A stretch of DNA of 63,661 nucleotides, filler included, from Octopus bimaculoides (GCF_001194135.2; 6 parts of 5 records of this genome joined end to end with filler, not necessarily neighbours in it), one strand, 5' to 3'; shown: positions 49,460 to 60,999, counted from the first letter of the whole stretch. Numbers and translations: made by a program. Notes: generated by a model not told the origin, from the letters alone.

Positions 49460-50091
49460 TGTGCAGGCTTGATAACCAGGATACATATTGCAGAACCTAT
49501 AAGGGATGAATTTAACCATTACATTGATCCATGACCTGCAGAGCCAAGAAGAGACCCTTTGCTATCTGTTGGGTTCCTCTCTTAACATAAAACCTCAATG
49601 CCCCTTAAAATTTTGAGAGGATACCCTGCCTCCAACTCCTAGGCCCAAAAGTAGCCTTGTTACATTGCTAAGTTTCTTTTAGAGAATCTGCAATCATGTG
49701 TTAAAACTGAAACAATTACATTATGGTAGAGACATAGCAAACACTCAGAACACACATGTGCTGTTATAATCAATTTACCTTATATGTTCATTGTGCTATG
49801 CATACTTTGATCAATCCTGGTGTAAATAAGAGTTTCTTAAGTTAGAACACAGCCTCAGATTTGTAGAAATGGGCTACAGTTAAATGACCCGAACCTAGTA
49901 TTACTGGTATTTATTTGAGTCAGTGAGAGAGCACTTATGCAGTCATTTAATCTGCAAAATATAGCAACTAAAGTCCTTCAAATGACACCCTATAGTCTTA
50001 AAAATGGAAGGCTACATTTCAACAATGTAGTTCTAGACATACAGAAAGATTGAATGGCTACAATTGGGATATCTTTAACCACAGGTTTGTT

Positions 50092-50483
50092 TCTCTTTTA
50101 TCTTTTATCTTTTACTTGTCTCAGTGATTAGACAGTGGCCATGCTGGGGCTCTGCTTTGAAGAACTTTTAGCCAAATGAATTGACCCCAGTACTTATATT
50201 GTTTTAAAGCCTGTTACTTATTCTATGTCTCTTTTGCCAAACCACTTATTCACAGGGACATAAACACTTAAACACTGGTTGTCAAGCAGTGGTGGGAGAA
50301 ACACACACACACACACACATGTTGTGCTTCTTTCAGTTTCCATCTTCCAAATTCATTCACAAGGCTTTGGTCAGCCTGAGACTATATAGTAGAAGGCATT
50401 TGCCCAAGGTGTCACACAGTGGAACTGAACCCAGAACCTTGTGGTTGAAAAGTAAGCTTCTTACCACACAGCCATGCCTGTGC
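50092..50483 (-). mobile_element. SINE family A, full length, CpG-decayed
   Basis: Both halves around a (CA)n tract. Confidence 0.85.
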
Positions 50484-51642
50484 TTGTTTGCCTAATTCCT
50501 GACATCAACAACAAAACACCAACAACTGGCTCATTTAGCATCAACTCTGAAGAAATGAATGACTCACTCTGTCCCCAACTGTACTTGAAGTAACAACGCA
50601 AAGTGATGTAACTAAATGCTGTCAGGTTCTTAACCCTCTTTTGTTACCAGCCTGCCTGAAACAGCCTCTGATTATTTTACAATGCTTATTATCAATTCAA
50701 ACCTTCATTCATAAGTTGATGTAAGCATCTTTTCTTAAGTTATGTTACAAACAACAACTACAACCATAGCTGTTATTTGCAAGTTGGAAGTGAGTTTGGT
50801 TTGAGAACATGTACTATGCTTTTGCTAATTGTGATAGGTGCCCTTGTAGTATAGATACCCACTGAGCTTTCCCATCCTTAACCCAGCAGAACATTAACGA
50901 TGTGACAACTAGAGCAAGAAAGAGAGAGAGGGCTACACCAGCATTAGGCTGGTACTTATTTTCAATAGCCTGAAGCAACAAAGACACAATGCTTTTGTAC
51001 TTTTAGTTGAGTGTCTTTGAGGAGGAGCTGGATAAATGATTTTTTACTAATATTCTTTTGGAGGGACCTGTTACCTGTCAGTTTGTGTGCCATCCACTCA
51101 CCTTGATTATGGTTATAATGAAGTAATTTATTCCTTAGCTGAATAACACGCACTTCCACATCTGAAAGGCACTAAACTAAAGGCACAAAATGCTCAAAAG
51201 ATATCTGTGATGAAGATGAAAACAACAGCAATGGTGACAACAACAATTGTGATAGCTGCAGTAGTAATGACAACAATGATGATGATGGTGACAACAATGA
51301 TGATGATGGTGGCAGCAGCAGCAGTAAGGATGATGATGATGATAACAGTGATGAGGAGGAGGAGGAGGATGAAGACATTTAATCCCATTCTTTATTATTT
51401 CTGCATTTCCACACTTTGATTCTAACTTAGACACAAGACCATAATATTTTAAGGAAGGATACAAATGATTGAATGGGATGCCCAATACTTGACTGGAACT
51501 TATTTCATTGAGGCAACGAGGAAGAACGAGATAAAGTGTAAGTCGTCTCTTTCAATACGTCACTGGTACAACTTTTTTTTTTTTTGCTTTAAAGACTTCA
51601 CCCAAAGAGGGAAGAAAACACACACATACACATTTTCTGCAG

Positions 51643-51789
51643 AGGCTTTGAGACATGTGGGAGGAAAGGAAAAAGAAACCATGATCATGGATTGTCCTTT
51701 AAGAGAAGAACTGATCCTTAATGCATACAACAGAGTGCATTCTTCTGCTAAAGATACTCAAGTGCCAGTTGGTGATATTAAACCAGTCA
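51643..51789 (+). CDS. Candidate internal coding exon of an unidentified gene
   Basis: Acceptor ttttctgcag, donor gtgagt, 147 nt, open phase 1-1 frame ALRHVGGKEKETMIMDCPLREELILNAYNRVHSSAKDTQVPVGDIKPV. No homology recognised. Confidence 0.2.
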
Positions 51790-51809
51790 GTGAGTTCTTT
51801 TGTCTTGTG

Positions 51810-52210
51810 AAATAGGGAGACCCAAGAAAACATGGGACAAAGTATTGAAGGCAGATCTCAAAACACCGAACCTTATGAAGGAGGTGACAGAGGACCGAGA
51901 TATGTGGCACATTGTTGTACTCAAGAAGACCACCACAACAGAACTGAAATCCTGAAACCAAAGTGCCACGTAAAAGTATTGGTGCTGGTGTGACTTAGAA
52001 ATTCACTAGTGATGGTGCCATATAAAAAGTACCCAGTACACTCTGTGGAGTGGTTGGTGTTTGGAAGGGCGTCCAGCTGTAGAAACTAAGCCAAAGCAGA
52101 CTATGGAACCTGGTGTGGCCCCTGGCCTTACCAGTTCCTGTCAAGCTATCCAACCCCTGCCAGCATGGAAATGGATGTTAAATGATGATGATGATGATGA
52201 TGAAGATGAA
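51810..52210 (+). mobile_element. RTE 3' end with (GAT)n tail
   Basis: GRPKKTWDKVLKADL..EDRDMWH, UTR motif 'ggaagggcgtccagctgtagaaac', gatgat tail. Confidence 0.85.
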
Positions 52211-54037
52211 TGTAAAAAATAAAATGTATTTGTAACTAAATATCAAATGGCATTTTGTGAAACATTTTAGCAATGAAATTAATTAATCAATAATTAATGA
52301 GAAATCTAAAAAAAAAAAAAAAAACTAATAGAAACAAATAATTGAAATCATATTTTTCATATGCTGGGAAGCTGGAAAAAAAGGTGAATAACATTTTGTA
52401 AAAATAAAAGAAAGACCTAATGCTAACAGGATGTATATATTTCTGAATGCACCTCATTGATGAGAATACAACAGTCCTTAATGTTGTAAACAAACTACTT
52501 AAACTGCTCTACTTTCAAGAGGAAAATAAGAAATGTAGAACAAAAGGAAAAATTAATTTTTATACTGAAGTAGGTGGTAATGGTAGAGTTGAGGCTGAAG
52601 GTAGTGTTGGTGGTGGTGGTGGTGGTGGTGGTTTTGGTGGTGGTGGTGGTGGTGGTGGTTGTAGTAGTAGTAGTAGTTATTGATGATGGTGGTCATTTGT
52701 AATGTTTGGGAAGTGAAAGAGATGGTGCTAGAAGTTGCCATAGTATTTGAGTCTTGCATATCTGTGGTGATGGTGGTGTTAGGAATAAGTTTGGAGCAGT
52801 AAAGTCAATAATAATGTTGTTATTGATGGTGACAATGTTAATCATGGTAGTTTGTGACAGAAAGAAAAGGAATGACTATATATGCTCTGATGATGATGGT
52901 GGTGGTTAACAATGGTGGTAACAGTGTTTCTTGGTGAAGCTAATTATGTTCGTGCTCTATGAGGCTAATTATATTGGCTGATGATCTTAACAGTCCTCCT
53001 GTGTCAGGAGTAGATTGAGAATGGGTGCCTGTCATCTGGAGTGTTGTCAAACACTAACAATCTCCCATCGGCAATTGCCTTTTTCTAGTGGAGTTCATTC
53101 TGCAAGCATTGAAGTTAAATCACTGATTTGAAAATAACTTTCTCACTTCCTCCAATAACAAGTCTCTAAGGCTTCTAAAAAATATAGTATCAAATTCTGA
53201 GCTCTAACCTTCCCTCTTTGACCTAGCTAGACAGTTCTCTACCTAGTGACTATGGTAAACTTGGTCATTGCACTGCAAGGATTGTCAGCCAGTTCTCTAT
53301 ATAACACGAACACATCTAAGAACTACAAAACTAGATTTTCTGATCGTTTGGTGTTTATTTTCACATTATTTTTAAATAAAAACCTCTTCACTTCTTCTAA
53401 GTATTATTGCAAGTGTAAGGTGAAGGTAATGAGAGAAGTATTGTCCTCTGATAAATTTGACAAAAATTGCTAAACATAAATAATTAGAAGTTTGATTTGA
53501 AATTATGTAGTTTTGGGTTCAGTTCCACTGCAACGCACCTTGGAGTACGGTGTCTTTTTCATTGGGCCGACCAAAGCCTCATAAATGAATTTGGAAACTG
53601 TAAAGAAGTCCTTTGTATGTATTTATGTACCTATGTTTGTATGTGTGTGTATGCNNNNNNNNNNNNNNNNNNNNNNNNNNNNNNNNNNNNNNNNNNNNNN
53701 NNNNNNNNNNNNNNNNNNNNNNNNNNNNNNNNNNNNNNNNNNNNNNNNNNNNNNNNNNNNNNNNNNNNNNNNNNNNNNNNNNNNNNNNNNNNNNNNNNNN
53801 NNNNNNNNNNNNNNNNNNNNNNNNNNNNNNNNNNNNNNNNNNNNNNNNNNNNNNNNNNNNNNNNNNNNNNNNNNNNNNNNNNNNNNNNNNNNNNNNNNNN
53901 NNNNNNNNNNNNNNNNNNNNNNNNNNNNNNNNNNNNNNNNNNNNNNNNNNNNNNNNNNNNNNNNNNNNNNNNNNNNNNNNNNNNNNNNNNNNNNNNNNNN
54001 NNNNNNNNNNNNNNNNNNNNNNNNNNNNNNNNNNNNA

Positions 54038-54400
54038 TCGTTGTCGTTTAACGTCCGCTTTCTATGCTAGCATGGGTTGGACGATTTGACTGAGGACTGG
54101 TGAAACCGGATGGCAACACCAGCCTCCAATCTGATTTGGCAGAGTTTCTACAGCTGGATGCCCTTCCTAACGCCAACCACTCAGAGAGTGTAGTGGGTGC
54201 TTTTACGTGTCACCCGCACGAAGGCCAGTCAGGCGGTACTGGCAACGGCCACACTCAAAATGGTGTATTTTATGTGCCACCCGCACAAGAGCCAGTCCAG
54301 GGGCACTGGCAACGATCTCGCTCGAAAATCCTACGAAAGCCAGTCAGGCGATACTGCCAACAGCCACGCTCAAAATGGTGTATTTTATATGCCACCCACA
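54038..54400 (-). mobile_element. Young RTE 3'-UTR copy with internal subrepeats
   Basis: CpG-retaining and near-identical to 56946-57130; 'gccagtc' subrepeats. Confidence 0.88.
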
Positions 54401-54719
54401 TAGTTTATAATAATGGGTTTATCAAGGTTTAAGGAACTAATAAAAAGAATGATTAGAATTAACAAAGAATTCAATAATAGTCCAAAACAATTAATAGAGA
54501 ACAAGATAATTATGTAGTAGTTTAATTATACTATCTTACATAGTCAAGAACTTGTTTTAAAACTAACATGGGCTAATTGCAGAATATTAATGGAACAAGG
54601 ATTAGATTTATTTAAGTCAAACTATAGAATAACTATAACACTACCAATACAAGCCCTGGAATAATGGAATAAAAAGGATCCTTTTAGAATCAGGCATTAA
54701 ATAAAATAAAATATAAATT

Positions 54720-55305
54720 TTTCAACAAAGTCTATGGTTCTTGAACTCAACATGTCAACATATACAAGTGTTTCATCCATATTATAGATCTGGTCAGTAT
54801 CTTTATCTACTGTTAATACTGGAATGCTATCCAGATAGTCACTGGCGATTTGTGCCTTTTCTCCAAGTGTTTTGTTGCTTCACCAACATGTGTAATCTTT
54901 CTCACAGTCAATTTATTCCATTTCATGAAATTGAAAATTCATTTATCAGAACATCTAAAGCTATTCATTTCAATTCCAAACCTTTTTACTAATTCAAAAG
55001 TATATTCCCATAAATGGTGATAATTCACAATTATATTGTTTGCTCGCTGCACAACAATCTACTGTAAGGGTACAATCTCTAGATCCCTGTGTGCTGGTCT
55101 TCTACCTCCACCAATTGATCTGTGCCTCCTCTTATCTGACATATGGATTAACTCAGTTTCTTTTGTGCACCATTCTCTTAATCGTTTTCTATCAATACCT
55201 GTCTCTTGACGCAGCAGATAAATTGCCAGAATGTTCTTTCACTAGTTTAATAGCACTCAATTTTTCACTAATGATATATGATCGTTGAACATGTAGTGAC
55301 GTCAT
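54720..55305 (-). pseudogene. pogo/Tigger-family transposase remnant (N-terminal DNA-binding domains and start of DDE)
   Basis: QRSYIISEKLSAIKLV..GNLSAASR / GIDRKRLREW..GGGRRP / IFNFMKWNKLTVRKIT / QIYNMDETLVYVDMLSSRT; two frameshifts and at least two stops. Confidence 0.85.
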
Positions 55306-55566
55306 TTGGCACCAAAATACAGTCGCCATTACTGCGTTTTCATCCACGCATGCGCAGGGAATAGTTCCGGAAGGAACACAGGAAGAGTCTCATGCGCATG
55401 CGTGGAATTCAACATCTAAAACGTTCCCGCTCTTTTCATTCTCTTTCTCAGTCGGCCGGCCATGAGCATGGTCGTGTCAAACTGTCTCTCCAGCATTCCA
55501 ACTCTGGGGACAGCTCAATCAACATTCCAACGTCTCAGCAACCATGCCTATTTCCTCCATAAATAA
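55292..55566 (+). promoter_or_regulatory. CpG-rich promoter module, probably the U3-R part of an LTR
   Basis: Starts TGTAG; CRE TGACGTCA 55297-55304; NRF1-like 14-bp perfect inverted repeat 55343-55356 / 55393-55406 around ETS TTCCGGAAG; TATA-like 55415-55421; Inr TCAGTC 55448-55453; ATAAATAA just before the gap. Confidence 0.55.
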
Positions 55567-55963
55567 NNNNNNNNNNNNNNNNNNNNNNNNNNNNNNNNNN
55601 NNNNNNNNNNNNNNNNNNNNNNNNNNNNNNNNNNNNNNNNNNNNNNNNNNNNNNNNNNNNNNNNNNNNNNNNNNNNNNNNNNNNNNNNNNNNNNNNNNNN
55701 NNNNNNNNNNNNNNNNNNNNNNNNNNNNNNNNNNNNNNNNNNNNNNNNNNNNNNNNNNNNNNNNNNNNNNNNNNNNNNNNNNNNNNNNNNNNNNNNNNNN
55801 NNNNNNNNNNNNNNNNNNNNNNNNNNNNNNNNNNNNNNNNNNNNNNNNNNNNNNNNNNNNNNNNNNNNNNNNNNNNNNNNNNNNNNNNNNNNNNNNNNNN
55901 NNNNNNNNNNNNNNNNNNNNNNNNNNNNNNNNNNNNNNNNNNNNNNNNNNNNNNNNNNNNNNN

Positions 55964-56607
55964 ATATGTCATCATCGTTTAATGTCCGCTTTCGATGCTG
56001 GCATGGGTTGGACGGTTTGACTGACGACTGGCAAGCCAGATGGCTGCACCAGGCTCCAATCTGATCTGGTAGAGTTTCTACAGTTGGATGCCCTTCCTAA
56101 TGCCAACAACTCTGAGAGTGTAGTGGGTGCTTTTATGTGCCACCGGCATGAGGGCCAATCAGGCAGTACTGGCAACGGTCACACTCAAATGGTGTTTTTT
56201 ACATGCCACCTGCACAGGAGCCAGTCCAGCAGCACTAGCAAAGACTTCACTCAAATGTTTTTCACGTGCCACCAGCACAAGTGCCAGTGAAGCGACGCTG
56301 GCAACGGTCACGCTCGAATGGTGCTTTTTATGTGCCTCTGGCACAGGATCCAGTCAGCAGCCCTGGCAACGATAACGCTCAGATGATGCTCTTAACGTTC
56401 TACTAGCACGGATGCCAGTCAGGCGGTGCTGTCATCAGCTACGTCAGTGAATTTGATTTCGATTTCACTTGCCTCAACAGGTCTTTGCAAGTAGAGTTTA
56501 GTGTCCAATGAAAGAAAGGTATGCACAAGTGGGCTGGTTACACCCCTGGCATAGGCCATAGGTTATGGTCTCACTTGGCTTGCCAGGTCTTCTTAAGCAC
56601 AGCATAT
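55964..56607 (-). mobile_element. RTE ORF end plus complete long 3' UTR
   Basis: Minus strand YAVLKKTWQAK*, then a UTR with ~5 subrepeats and a GAT tail. Confidence 0.85.
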
Positions 56608-56788
56608 GTATATATATATATATATATATACACATATATACACACATGTATTTGTATGTGTATGTGTGTGTGTGTGTGTGTGTGTTTATCTCCTTGACTT
56701 TTTATATTGGCATAATTTGGACAGTGATAATGTTAATTTAAGAAAGTATTGTAGTTCGCTTGAAGCATTGTGTATTGTTTGTAAAGAA

Positions 56789-56931
56789 TAAAAAGTTTAG
56801 GAATGTATAACAATGCAATATAGAACAAAAAATGGACTGTATACCTGTTGTAACTTGTTTACCAAGTTACAACAGGTATACAGTCCATTTTTTGTTCTAT
56901 ATTGCATTGTTATACCTTCCTAAACTTTTTA
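56789..56931. repeat. Near-perfect inverted repeat: 69-bp arms, 5-nt loop, one mismatch
   Basis: 56789-56857 pairs with 56863-56931; loop TTTAC; mismatch 56804/56916. Confidence 0.97.
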
Positions 56932-56945
56932 ATGTTAATTTATGT

Positions 56946-57130
56946 TCATCATCATCATCATCATCGTTTAACGTCCGCTTTCCATGCTAGCATGGGTTGG
57001 ACGATTTGACTGAGGACTGGTGAAACCGGATGGCAACACCAGGCTCCAGTCTAATTTGGCAGAGTTTCTACAGCTGGATGCCCTTCCTAACGCCAACCAC
57101 TCAGAGAGTGTAGTGGGTGCTTTTACGTGT
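56946..57130 (-). mobile_element. Young RTE 3' end, cut by the scaffold end
   Basis: (CAT)n followed by 'cgtttaacgtccgctttccatgctagc...'. Confidence 0.9.
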
Positions 57131-57230
57131 NNNNNNNNNNNNNNNNNNNNNNNNNNNNNNNNNNNNNNNNNNNNTTAATTAATTAANNNNNNNNNNNNNN
57201 NNNNNNNNNNNNNNNNNNNNNNNNNNNNNN
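57131..57230. other. Artificial scaffold-join pad
   Basis: N44-TTAATTAATTAA-N44. Confidence 0.95.
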
Positions 57231-57254
57231 ATATATATACATATATATATATAT

Positions 57255-57309
<55 letters not shown>

Positions 57310-57310
<1 letters not shown>

Positions 57311-57475
57311 GTATACATACATATACATATATTTGTGAGGACAATGAACAAAAACATAAAAGACAACACCGAGCAGACAAGTTTTAGCAAACGTTGTATT
57401 AGTTTACCACTTAAAAAGGAACGGAAAGTCTTCACGTCTCGGGCGTTAGTTCTTCATCCGAAGAAAAGTTTAGAA
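57310..57475 (-). mobile_element. Degenerate Penelope-type terminal repeat with mutated hammerhead core
   Basis: Minus strand cggatga-agaactaacgccc-gagacg has the same layout as 18232-18256 with both core boxes mutated. Confidence 0.45.
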
Positions 57476-57980
57476 AAAAGTAAAAGATGAGTGTAAAAGA
57501 GGAAAACATGATTGATAAAAGCGGTGAGCGTGATGGTAGCGCCCTGATGGGAGTTCTGTGGAAAGTTAAGTAGGAAGGAAGAGTCGAATGTGTATGAGTA
57601 TGTATATATAATTTAAAAGTGTACTGAAAGGCACGACGCGTCAGTAAAATGTTTGTGCTCAGTAAACAGTTCTCCACTCCACTCCTTCATTCCATACGGT
57701 TAGAAAATAACCCTTATATCACTGGATGGGCTATCGTGAGAGTCAGAGGTAAATATTTTATAGTAATAAGAAACGCTGGAAAGGCGACTGGTATTCTTAA
57801 GAACTTACATAGCATTCACGCATTTCCTCAAGCTGATTGGTCCTTGTGCAAATTGATTGGATAGCTTCCTCGGTATTAACAGCAAAAAATATTTTTTGCT
57901 GCTCATACAAACGGACTAGTCCTTTTGTGCAACAGCGTTAATCAGGGTGGTGAAAAATGGGTGCCAGTTTTCGCATAAAT

Positions 57981-58386
57981 CTTTTCTTTTATTTTTTCTT
58001 TTACTTATTTCAGTCATTAGACTGCGACCATGTTAGAGCACTGCCTTGAAGAATTTTTAGTCGAATGAATCGACTCCAGTACTTTTTTCTTAAGCTTGGT
58101 ACTTATTCTATCGGTCTCTTCAGCCGAACCGCTATGTTACGGGGACGTAAACACACCAACACAGGTTGTTAAGCAGTGGTAAGAGACATAGACACACACA
58201 CACACATACGCACTCACACATATAACGACGGGTTTGTTTTTTTCAGTTTCCACTCAAATCCACTAACAGTACTTTAGTCGGCCCAAAGCTATAATAGAAG
58301 ACGCTTGCTCAAAGTACCACGCAGTGAGACTGAATCCAGAACTATGAGGTTGGGAAGCAAGCTTCTTACCGCACAGCCATGCCTGC
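57981..58386 (-). mobile_element. SINE family A, full length
   Basis: Both halves around a (CA)-rich centre. Confidence 0.88.
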
Positions 58387-58599
58387 GGATGCTTTGTCTA
58401 TTTCTCTATATAGGAAGGAACTTTCCAGCCTCGCTCAGAATGATTGGAATGTCTGTCATTGAGGAGACAAAATTAATCTGAAACAGGGATGTCTGACGAG
58501 CTGCTAACGTCATTCTAAACATGCTTTATATTATAACATACAAATTTACTTAAAGAGAAGTTTCTCTCAGACAAAACCTTAGTCACTGCCGTTCTACGT

Positions 58600-58866
58600 T
58601 GATATACACATTGTGCGTGCATGCATGTGTGCATGCGTGCGTGTGTGCATGCGTGCGTGTGTGTGCGCGCGCGCGCGTGTAAAGAGAAACAGACACAAAA
58701 AGACACATAGATACAGACAGGCAGATAGAAAGATAGAAAGATAGAGACAGACAGTCAATCAGACAGACCGACAGGCAGACAGTTAGACCGATAGATAGAC
58801 AGGTAGGCAGGCAGACAATGTATACTTAGTTACATTCACAGATAGATACACATATATACATAAATG

Positions 58867-58922
<56 letters not shown>

Positions 58923-59030
58923 CATACATACATACATACATACATACATACATACACACACAGACAGACATACAGACAGACAGACAGACAGACAGATAGA
59001 TAGATAGATAGATAGCTAGATAGATATAAC
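58600..59030. repeat. Compound tetranucleotide tract (GCAT, GACA, GATA, CATA)
   Basis: Direct read. Confidence 0.93.
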
Positions 59031-59149
59031 AGTTGAGCCAGAATTTGGTCAGATGTTCAGAATATAAAAAGCAGAACTCATTATTAGTTACTTATCACCT
59101 ATTATTGACGAATATATGTGTTCCGCATATTCTACTGTTGTCTTATACT

Positions 59150-59730
59150 AATGTCGTTTCTAACAATTATTATCCTGATTGTTATTTTAAACAACTTTAA
59201 AGAATGCCATAAAATCAAATCATTAAACTCATTAAACCATTGATGCTGAACCACTGTAATTGGTTAAAGATGACTCTTCTACGATGAAGTGATCTCAATT
59301 TCGATGCGCGGTTTCAGATCACGTCACTTGTTGGCCTCCAATATGCTGGACTGAGACTTCAGAGGAAATATATTCTTAAATGCTAAACTTCTGGGAAGTT
59401 TTACAAATTTTTACTGTTCCTTTGATGGCTTGTATCTGTAAGCTTCAAATTAGCTTTTTCCTTTCTGGTTTTGAAACCCCTAATTCTCCAAGATTGGTGC
59501 CAAGGCAGTTTGTTACATATCCTAGGGATCCAATAATTACAGGTATAAATTTGAACTTGTAATCCGGGTAGAGTAGCTGTAGATTTCACAGTAGTTCAGA
59601 GTGTTTTCTTTTCCGCTGGTCCTTAGCTTTATGCTGACGTCTGCTAGGCAAGTGATTGCCATGACTGTACATCGAATCTCTTCTGTCTCAAATTACTATG
59701 TCTGGGTTATTATCTCGCGTTATGGGACGA
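59150..59730 (-). mobile_element. 3' end of a restriction-like-endonuclease LINE (R4/Dong-like)
   Basis: NPDIVI*DRR..ELL*NLQLLYPDYKFKFIPVIIGSLGYV..LQIQAIKGTVKICKT resembles the RLE domain (PDIV..K..L..P..IG.LG); stop at 59376-59378. Confidence 0.75.
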
Positions 59731-60128
59731 AAGAATTACACATAGAATACAATACATACATAAGCACATACATACATACATACATACATACATACATACA
59801 TACATGCATGCATATATGCATGCATATATGCATGCATACATACATACATACATACATATACACGTAGGTACGTGTTAGTGTGTGTGTGTGTGTACGAATG
59901 TGTTCAAAAAAATTAATGTTTTAACAAAGTCTCTGCATTCTGTTATTCAAAAATGGATTTTTTTTGCTAAAATATTAAATATTTAACATAAAGCCATTTG
60001 CTCTACAGTTATATTTCACTTGTTTAGAATCCTCTTTGGATTTCTACTTTTCTTGATAATTAGTTCTAGAATTTTCATACACACACACACACACACAAAC
60101 ACGCATACACATACACACATACATACAA

Positions 60129-60160
<32 letters not shown>

Positions 60161-60281
60161 TTCATAAATATTTTTTATATATTCATGTGTCGATATATAT
60201 TAATATATATGTATGCGCATTTTATGTCGAATTTATAACTATATCAGTATGATTGCCTAATTTGATTATATATCTTAATTC

Positions 60282-60327
<46 letters not shown>

Positions 60328-60427
60328 NNNNNNNNNNNNNNNNNNNNNNNNNNNNNNNNNNNNNNNNNNNNTTAATTAATTAANNNNNNNNNNNNNNNNN
60401 NNNNNNNNNNNNNNNNNNNNNNNNNNN
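60328..60427. other. Artificial scaffold-join pad
   Basis: N44-TTAATTAATTAA-N44. Confidence 0.95.
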
Positions 60428-60710
60428 ATATGTATATATATATATATATATATACACTTACATACATAATACATACGTATGTGTGTGTATATCTATATAT
60501 ATACTCACACACGTTCAGACACAACAGCGTACAGTCTCTGCTGAGTCATCTTATCACTACTTGTTTGTTACTATTTTAACGCACACCTACATTCCACATA
60601 GAACTACCTACGCTCCGTACCCTAGGATGCTCCAAGCCAGCCAACCAGTCGGAGTTCTACCGCTTATACGACCCCTAGCCCTAGCGTATGTTGTGTGCTT
60701 CAACAGAGTA

Positions 60711-60964
60711 AAGTGTGTAGCTGTAACTCTCCCTCCTGAATTGACTCAACAAATCTCTCTCACAACAAGAATTGATCGCCTTAAGTACCCCCAAGTTGTT
60801 CAGCCCTAGTACTACAGAAGCTGTTAATTTAAAGTGTGTAAAGTGTGTGGTTGTAACGCACCCTCTTGAACCGACTCAACACATCTCTCACACAACAAGA
60901 ATCTATTGCCTTAAGTACCCCCAAGTTGTTCACCCCTAGTACTACAGAAGTTGTTAATTTAAAA
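60711..60964. repeat. Diverged 130-bp tandem duplication
   Basis: 60711-60840 vs 60841-60964 share 'gccttaagtacccccaagttgttca.ccctagtactacagaag'. Confidence 0.9.
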
Positions 60965-60999
60965 AGCACACCTTACAAAGAATGGGGAAACTCATCTAC

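Noticed and set aside
57435-57465. Active hammerhead
   Set aside because: Both core boxes are mutated (CGGAUGA, GAGAC); kept only as evidence for the family.
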